DNA of 64,000 nt from Azolla caroliniana (Eukaryota > Plantae > Polypodiophyta): contig JBHGNT010000004.1 in the NCBI GenBank assembly GCA_043228905.1, positions 19,344,001-19,408,000 of the forward strand, written 5' to 3'. The notes under the pieces were generated by a model, which was not told the origin of the DNA, ran no database searches, and was given only the letters and a program-made list of their open reading frames with translations. Of this stretch, positions 55,717 through 64,000 are shown in pieces. The first letter of the stretch is position 1; each line of letters begins with the position of its first letter. Made by a program: the position numbers and the translations under genes.

Positions 55717-56184
55717 ACTCACTCTTTCCTCCTCTCGAGAGTTCTTCACCTCTCTTAGTACTAATACTTCTTTTAGTACTAATTCCTTCTCTGTCTTAGT
55801 ACTGTTCCTGACACCAATGTTCAATCCACACTACATGAAGTTGGATTTGGTATAAGGTGGTAGGGTTGCCCAATAGAGACCATGAGGTCTTGGGTTCAAG
55901 CCCTACCTTCCTCCATGGCATATGTATATGACATTATCCTCCCTGTAAGGCCGCCTCCTAACACCCACGGTCGGTTTATGAGGGTATCATTGATGAAAAG
56001 CGCGTTGATGAAAAGTGTGAATTGTCTTTGACACATTTTGTAAATGTGTAACTGGTTCCCATATGGCGTCCGAAAGAGGATAGCCTTTCCATAAGATCAA
56101 GTATTGAAGTCTTCATCGACGCAAGTGGGAGTCGAGGATCCAGTCAACCTCGTACTCCTTTCCACGAGCAGCGATGGAGGAGGT

Positions 56185-57660
56185 TGTCATCCCGGTGTCG
56201 CGTTATTACGCGCGTGCGTGTAGAAGGGCGGGACCACGGGGGTCTTGGACTAGGGAGTGTTGGAGCCTAGGAAGTCGGGCTTCACCATATCTCAGAAGCA
56301 CACCGGAAACAACCGAGGGGAGAGAGGGAGAGAGCGCTTAACACCGACTCACGCACACACACACATGCTGACCCGCCTCGCGCCCTCATGTATAGGAAAC
56401 GCAGGAAAGGGGAAACACCCGACACGAACATGGATGTGAATATACACAGACAGACGCAAATATATATATATATATATGTATAAACAGAAGAATACATCCC
56501 TGGCTTCGAGCCGGACTGAGGTAGGTTATAGTAGTCGTTTGCTGCCAAGCCGCCGTCGGGGAGCTCTCGGCTCGTCGCGCCGAGCGAGGTCTTGCACAGG
56601 AGGCCGAACCAAAGCAAACCCTAAGCGAAACACGAAGAAGGGGAAGAAGAAGAACCTAACTCTAAACCTAACGGTATACCCTCTATTGCAAAATGGGCAA
56701 CCCCTTTCCAAAGGGTGATCCCTTCCTTTTATAGTACAAGGAGAGGGATGCGTTACAATGTGGGACAAATCCCGCCTTACATGGGATCGTCTGCCCCGAC
56801 TTGACTCTCTTCGGCGCCATAAAGGCGCCCTCGATATTCACACTAAATGTACATGGGTGCGTACACACGCTGCACCCCGCCGATGTAGCCAACGTTCCCG
56901 GTTTCCACCTTTGGCCAAAATTCTTCACGACATCCGCCCCCACCTAACTGCACGTCCACCGGTACGTGCCAAATCCGGTTGAAGGGTTAGAGATTTCAGC
57001 CGGCGAGAAACCGGTCTTCCGTGATCCGCATCTCGGCTCGCTGCCGGTTTGATCCGTCGGCTCTGAGTCTTCCTTCGCGCACGCCTGTTCGTAGGCTCGT
57101 TCGACCCGCCGATGGGTCCTCTGCCGCGATCTTCATAGTACTCGTACTTCCGTTGGCCCTCGCTCGGCTGTATGAACGCCCCGCTTCCCGCCGTAGGCCC
57201 GATGTCCCCCGCTCGAGGCATGCCCGTAGTGGCCCGCTTGGCCTCCGTTGATCATTCGCGTTGTCCTGATTGCCGTCCCATGTCGTTTCGCGTCGCCCTC
57301 ATCCTCTCGCCGCCACCTTCCTTCTCCATGGTCTTACATTGCCGCGTCGGCTCGAACCGCCATGGTCTCCGGAACGGCGTGGAAGATCCCTTTCCGGCCT
57401 TCTCCGCGCTTGCCTTCTCGCTCCGGCACCTCCGTGTGCCTTTCTCCGGTTTATTGCACGCCTCGTCGGCCCTTTCCGGCCAGATCGTGCATCGACGCTC
57501 ACCCGCATACCGGTGTTCTTTGCATCCGAGGAACACCCCGTAGTAGCCCGTTTGGCCCTTCCCGTCTTCGTGCTGGAGCAATAGCTCCTGGGTCTTTCGC
57601 TTGCCGTCGTCCCCTCGCCCCCACCAGCTTCTCATCCCGGCTTGCCGTGTCAGTCTTCAC
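56185..57660 (-). mobile_element. Element H: truncated GC-rich LTR-like insertion in the G integrase tail
   Basis: Starts TGTCATCCC abruptly in G coding sequence. Minus-strand TATA (CTATAAAAGG) at ~56730. No matching right TIR or TSD, and G sequence is missing at the junction. Confidence 0.55.
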
Positions 57661-57842
57661 CATGGATTTTGTAGTCGAGCTTCGTGTAGGGACGGGTGGT
57701 TGTGATGTGGCGACGTAACAACCAAACCATGTCACCCACTACGAAGGTCGGCGCAACCAAGTGATGTCATGCAAATGCTGAAATGAGGGTGGAAACCATA
57801 GTTTGCAAAGAATGGGGATACCTTAGTTGAGGCATGGATACT

Positions 57843-58330
57843 CCGGCTGGTTCTCACCAAACTCCGGGAATATGGGCTCATCGCCAAAAGTGAGAAACGT
57901 GAATTCGATCAGACCTCTGTCGAATTCCTGGGTTACATGATCTCATCTACGGGGATCACAATGGATTAACGCAAGGTAGCGGCAAACATTGCTTGGCCTC
58001 TCCTGGCGTTCAACATTAAAAGCATTGTGTGCCACGGGGGTCCGAAGAAATGGAGTATCTTTCTAGGTAAGCTGGATGAGAGGTTGGAGTAGGGAAGGGA
58101 ACTCGTCTATAAATCGTCTATAAAAATTTGCAAAACCAAAAAACGATTGTACTACTTTCAGCCGAGTCGGGAGAGGCCAATCAGTGATTGCCGCTACCTT
58201 GCATTCATCCATTGTGATCCCGGTAGATGAGATCATTTAACCTAGGAATTCGACAGAGGTCTGATCGAAATCACGTTTCTCACTTTTGGCGATGAGCCCA
58301 TATTGCCGGAGTTTGGTGAGAACCAGCTGG
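57843..58330. repeat. Inverted duplication of an RT segment: arms 57843-58003 and 58170-58330, 166-bp spacer
   Basis: The arms are reverse complements with scattered mismatches (CTGGTTCTCACCAAACTCCGG / CCGGAGTTTGGTGAGAACCAG). Confidence 0.85.
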
Positions 58331-58963
58331 ACGTGGTGTGTGTGCTCCTCCTAGATGGAAGAAAAAACATGGATGTCGTCAAGGTAGATGACCACAAAAT
58401 GATTGAGATACTCTCAAAAAATATTGTTCATCATGTGGTAGAAGATGACCGAAGCGTTGGTAAGGCCGAATGGCTTCACTTTGTACTCGAAATGTCCATA
58501 GCGCGTCCGAAAAGCCGTTTTCCATTCGTTTTGAGGCTGATGCGCAACAAATTGTAGGCACCCTGAAGGTCGATTTTGGAGAAGATATGCCCAGTTCAGA
58601 GTCGATCGAGGAGCGCTGGAACTAAGGGCAGGGGGTAACGATTACGCACTATAACTTTGTTGAGACCCCGATAATCCACACATAAGCGTAAGGAGCTGCC
58701 CTTCTTTTTGACAAATAAGATTTGTGCCTCAGCTGGTGATTTGGAGGGTTGGATGAAGCCCTTTGCGAGTTTGTCAGCCAGATATGTGTAGAGAGCCTCA
58801 ATTCGGATTCAGATAACCCATAGATAGGACCGAATGGGGGACGCTCACCAGCTTGGAGTTCGATTGGGCAATCGTAGGGGCGATGAGCCGGTAACCAATC
58901 AACATTCTGCGTCGGAAAAGTCGCAATATTGGAGGGGTAAATTGTTGACAGGAACGATGGCAT

Positions 58964-61900
58964 TGTCATGATATGGCAAAACTCAAACCCATGACCTTAT
59001 GTTATATGAGTGGAGCTCTTGACCATTATATCATCTATTGTAATACGTAGGATATTATTTTCATTTAAGTTTTATTATAGGAAATTAATGTATATTCCAG
59101 ATTTCTCTAGAACATTCTAGAAGCTTCAGGATTTCTCCTGAGAACACTATAAAAGAAGGCACTAGGCATTATTTTGAAAGAAATTGGTTCAACGCCAGTC
59201 TTAAGCCTCATAGCCCTTTTGTACTTATTCTTCACATAATATATCCTCTGTTATCATCATCTCTCTCTCTCTCTCATCCTCGCTATCTCTCTCTCTCTCT
59301 CTCTCTCTCCTCTTCTCTCTTCCTCTCTCGGGAGTCTTACGCAGTCCCGTCCTCTTAGTACTAATAGTACTTCACTTTTCTAGTACTAATTCTCTCTCTG
59401 TTTTAGTACTATTCCTGACAGTTTGAACCAATTTCTCCTCAAGTCTACTTGTTGTTTTTGCTCATCCTCCTACCCTTTTTCCTATACTATGGCTATTGTT
59501 AGCGCCCAAGAATATCAATCCGTTTTCTCCGAGCTACAGTGTCTCAAAGAAAAATTTGTTGCCTTGGAACAAGAAAACCAACAGTTGATAGGGGATCTAC
59601 AACAAATCGCTCTCGAAAAACAACAAACGCAGCAACAACATGGGGAGTTAGCGTTACGGGTACAACAACTCGAAGTAGCGTTGCAACAACAAGGATCAAG
59701 TCCCCAAGGAATTCATAAAGAGCCCAAGATTGGACTTCCTGTGAAATTTGATGGAAAACGATCACAATTCAGGGGATTCCTTAATCAGGTACACTTAGTC
59801 ATCCAAATGCATCCTTCCCGAGTCAGCTTAATAGGCACGTTGCTTAGCAGCTCAACCTTGGCATGGTTCGCTCTGCTTCTAGAAAAACAATCGCCCTTGC
59901 TTAATAACTTTGAAGACTTTATTAGTGAGTTTAAAGCTTGCTTTGGAGATATCGACAACATCCAAACAGCGATCAACAAAATCCGACGACTGCGTCAAGG
60001 CGATCGTCCACCCTCTGCCTATGAAGCAGATTTCTGTCTACTCGCCTCAGATATCCCCTCGGATGATTAGGCACTAATCGAGCAGTTTTGCTATGGCCTA
60101 CGAAACGATGTCAAAGATTTACTTTTAACCTTCCTCGAAGAACCAAAGTCTCTTACGGAGGCAATCAGTCAAGCAGTCCGATGTGACAACCGCCTTTTCG
60201 AACGGCGTTCGGAACATCAATTACAAATACCACACTCTAGGCCGGATCCCACTTACGCCTCAGTCACGGCAAGACCGTTTGCACGCGACGTACCTCAAGC
60301 AAATACTCCGACACCGATGGAGATTGACACTATGCATCGACGTGACCCATTATCGGAAGAAGAAAAGCAACGACGACGTGCAAATCGATTATGTCTTTAT
60401 TGTGGTGGACCAGGGCATATCGCAATCAATTGTACCCATAGGCCAAGAAGACAGGTAAATCAGATCTTAGCCTATACTAAACCCGAGTCAATTCTTCCCT
60501 TAGGAGTATCTGATAGTATTAATAGTACTAATAGAGTATCTAATAGTATTAATATTACTAATAGCCCAAGTATCTCAAACCAATTTGAAATCCTTAGTCA
60601 ATTAGATGAACAGTTAAACGGTTGAGTCCAGCCAAAATAGGAGCCGTTTGGTTGGACAACCCTAGATCTGTACATCCCATTAGTGGTTCCATTCTCTCCA
60701 AGCAACTTAGCAATGTGTTCCTAGCCCAAGTCATGGTTAGTACTAAAAGTACTCCCCCAGTACACGTCCTAGCACTTCTAGATTCCGGAGCTAATTCCTG
60801 TTTCATGGATCAAAATTTTGCCCAAACTTCTTAGATATCCTTAAAAAAACTTGCTTGCCCCACATCTGTAGTAGTCATTGATGGTCGTCCCATTGCTTCC
60901 GGGAATATTGTAGAAGAGTCAGAACCCATTCAAGTTGTCCTAGGTAGTTTTGTGTGTGTAGTATCATTTAATATAATTAGTAGTCCAGAGCATCCCTTGT
61001 CCTGGGATTACCTTGGTTTGAATTACATAATCCAGACATAGATTGGAGAACAAGAGAAGTCCAATATCGACAACCCCAAGAATCTACTCATCATGTTTTG
61101 ACCATTTCACTCCATCAATTACGTGAAGAAGGACACAAGGAGGCAATGTTCCTATTTGCAATATCAGTACATCCTTCCAGCACTAATAAGACGGAATCCC
61201 TAGTGCAATTTCTAGCAAAATATCATCCTTATGCCGATGTATTTGACAAGGTAAAAGCCAGTACTCTTCCTCATCATCATCCCTATGATTGTCCCATCGA
61301 TCAACAACCAGGAATAGAGACACCATGGCGACCAATTTACAACTTGTCATCCACCAAGTTAGAAGTCCTTTGAGCCTACATAGAGGAAAACTTGGCAAGA
61401 GGGTTTATTCGTCATTCAAAATCTCCAGCCGATGCACCCATCTTCTTTGTCAAGAAGAAAGATGGCTCACTTCGTCTCGTTGTTGATTACCACGTCTTGA
61501 ATAAAGTCACCATCCGGAATAGGTATGCACTTCTTGTTATATCAAGTCTTTTAGAGCAAGTTAATGGTGCCAAGTTTTTTACAAAAGTCGATATATGAGG
61601 AGCGTATAACCTTGTGCGGATTCGACTGGGAGATGAATGGAAGACCGCCTTTCGCACGCGGTATGGGCATTTCGAATATACTGTTTTGCCGTTCGGTCTA
61701 ACCAATGCACCCGCAATCTTCCAACACATGGCAAATGATATATTCAGAGATCTCTTGGATATCTATTTGATCATCTCTCTGGATGATCTATTGATATATT
61801 TGAAGACCCAGGAAGAGCACGATTCTCATGTACTATTAGTACTAAAACGACTCCGCGAGAATGGTCTTTATGCCAAGCTAGAAAAATGTAGCTTTGACTT

Positions 61901-64000
61901 GAAGCAAGTGGAATTTCTAGGCTACGTCATGTCCTTAAAGGGAATCTCCATGGATCCAGCTAAAGTCCAAACTGTGCTAGAGTGGCAAATTCCACGGTCG
62001 GTACGAGATGTACAATGTTTTCTAGGTTTTGCTAACTTCTACTGCAAGTTTATATAGGATTACTTGAAGATTATTTTACCTCTCACACAACTTATGAAGA
62101 AGGGACAAGCATTTCTGTGCTCCAATGAAGGGGACATGGCTTTTCGGTATCTTAAGAAAGCCTTTACATCAGGTCCTATTCTAGCTCATGTAGATACAAA
62201 GAAACCATTCATCATGGAGGCCGACGCATCGGATTTCGCCCTCGGTAGCATCCTTTCTCAACAAGGAGATAAAGAAGAGTTACATCCTATGCCTTTCCAT
62301 TCGCGCAAATTCGATGCCGCGGAAATCAACTACGAAATACATGACAAGGAGTTATTAGCCATGGTGGATTCCTTTGTGCAATGGCGGCATTTCTTAGAGG
62401 GCTCTCCACATCATGTCATCGTCTTTAGTGATCACAAAAATCTTGCTTCTTTCCAGAATGCTCGGGTTCGAAATTGACGGCAAGCTCGGTGGGCTCAATT
62501 CCTCACGCGTTTTGACTTCAAAATCACATATCGACCGGGTATGCAACAAGGAAAAGCAGATGCGCTATCACGACACCTCGTCCTGGTGATCCAGTGTTTG
62601 ATAATCAAAAGCAAGTAATCTTGGGAACAACACGATCGCACACAACGCGGATTTTTCACACCCCAATGGATTCCCGGATTACCGATGCCATACATGCGAA
62701 CTTGAAGATGGATGGTTTTGCTCAAGACATTCTGGTGCACATTGATACCTCTCGCGCATCCTGTTCCCAATCTCAACAACCAGGTATGGACTACCGACAA
62801 GTCGAATATCATGATGGTTTGTTATTCTTTAAAAAGCTTGTATATGTCCCCGATTGCTCCTGTTGCCTTCAAATCATCCAAAATTGTCCCGACACCCATA
62901 CGAAGGGACATTTCTGTAGTGCTAAGACCTTGGATCTCGTTCAATGATCTTTTTGGTGGTCCCATATGCGACGTTTTGTCGATAACTACGTTCGGACTTG
63001 TGATGCTTGCTGCCGAGCAAAGATGCCCCGACACTAGCCATAAGGCTTGTTGGAACCCTTTCCGATTCCAAGTAAGCCGTGGCAGTCTATTTGTCTTGAT
63101 TTTATCATAGATCTACCGGTCTCGAAGGGGTTCGATGCTATCTTAACTGTCGTTGATCGATATACTAAGATGACACATTTTGTGCTGTGTACTAAGGCCA
63201 TCACTAGCGAGGAAACCGCCGCCCTTGTCATGCGTGAGGTATTTCGACATCATGGCTTCCCAAACAGTATCATTAGTGACCGAGGACCTCAATTTGTCTC
63301 CAAATTTTGGCAGCATCTTTTCAAGATGCTCAAGGTCTCTTTCAACGTCTCCTCTGACTACCATCCCCAAACCGATGGGCAAAGGAACGAACAAACCAAA
63401 CGTTGGAACAATATCTCCGGTGTTTTCTGAGTTATCAACAGGACAATTGGGCCGAGATTCTCGACTTTGCAGAGTTTGCATATAATAATGATTTCCACTC
63501 CTGGACTTGGGTTTCCCCATTTTACAGTTATACTGGTTCTCATCCTCGCTGGTCGGTGATCGATACCCCAGAGCTAACTACCAATCCTCGTGCCGAGGAT
63601 CATTTGGAGAGGCTACGCAAGATCCAGATGGATCTCTCTACTCATCTTTGTCATGCTCAACAAACACAGAAGACTTATGCGGATCATCATAAGCTTCCCT
63701 CCTCTTTTGCCATTGGAGATCGAGTATGGCTCTTACGTCATCACATCAAGACTACTCGACCGTGCGACAAGTTGGATTATCGATGACTCGGTCATTTCCG
63801 TATTACTTGTAAGGTTAATGATGTCACTTTCCGGCTTGATCTCCCTCCGCATCTTCAGATACATCCGGTTTTCCATAGCTCTCTTCTTGAACCTCATAAA
63901 GCAAACACTATTCCCGATCGTGTTACACCACCGCCGTCCCCACTGGAGTTGAAGCCAGCCTGGAGTATGATGTTGCTGCCGTCCTCGATTCCAAAATTGT
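58964..64000 (+). mobile_element. Element E: degenerate chromovirus, same family as B; runs off the window
   Basis: 5' LTR 58964-59420, PBS GTTTGAACCAATTT, gag 59489-60625, and fragmented PR/RT/RH/INT up to the chromodomain start. Confidence 0.93.

Larger units (their letters stand above)
45292..55813 (+). mobile_element. Element D: Tcn1/sushi-like chromovirus; its 3' LTR is split by a LINE
   Basis: TSD CCAAT. LTRs 45292-45729 and 50485-~50805 plus ~55705-55813. PBS GTTTGAACCAATTT; PPT AAAAGGGGGATAG. Confidence 0.95.
45026..58963 (-). mobile_element. Element G: degenerate chromovirus. 3' LTR at 45026-45291 plus 55819-55933; internal pieces at 55934-56184 and ~57661-58963; interrupted by D, H and E.
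   Basis: TGTCAC...TGACA LTR followed by PPT (AGGGAGGATAA on minus). Chromodomain EYEVDWILDS..YLILWKGY..WEP, integrase tail [31 protein letters not shown]. Confidence 0.8.

Overview
Eukaryotic nuclear DNA, most likely from a non-seed land plant such as a fern (inference from PLS-class PPR genes, a plant-type tRNA-Arg and Tcn1/sushi-like chromoviruses). The first ~10 kb holds two intronless PLS-E PPR genes on the minus strand, a tRNA-Arg(UCU) gene and a non-autonomous hAT element. From ~10.3 kb to the end is one old Ty3/gypsy host element broken up by a stack of nested insertions up to four levels deep. These are four PEG10/sushi-like chromovirus copies (A, B, D, E), a degenerate chromovirus (G), an Athila/Tat-type element with a large extra ORF (C), a young Tnt1-like Ty1/copia, an intact RTEX-like LINE, an LTR-bounded element with a 4-bp TSD (F), two solo LTRs and a truncated LTR. 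Four observations stand out. (1) LTRs of five distinguishable families carry an antisense tRNA-like Pol III A-box/B-box cassette in U3 with tRNA-like spacing of 30-33 nt. (2) Element C has no polypurine tract; at that position it has a copy of the tRNA-Arg(UCU) 3' end including CCA, so it has PBS-like sites at both LTR junctions. (3) The chromoviruses show Tf1-style self-priming, a conserved G_UUA_AAC plus pseudoknot -1 frameshift signal and heat-shock-element arrays beside the TATA box. (4) LINE ORF1 and ORF2 are in frame across a single UGA-CGG.
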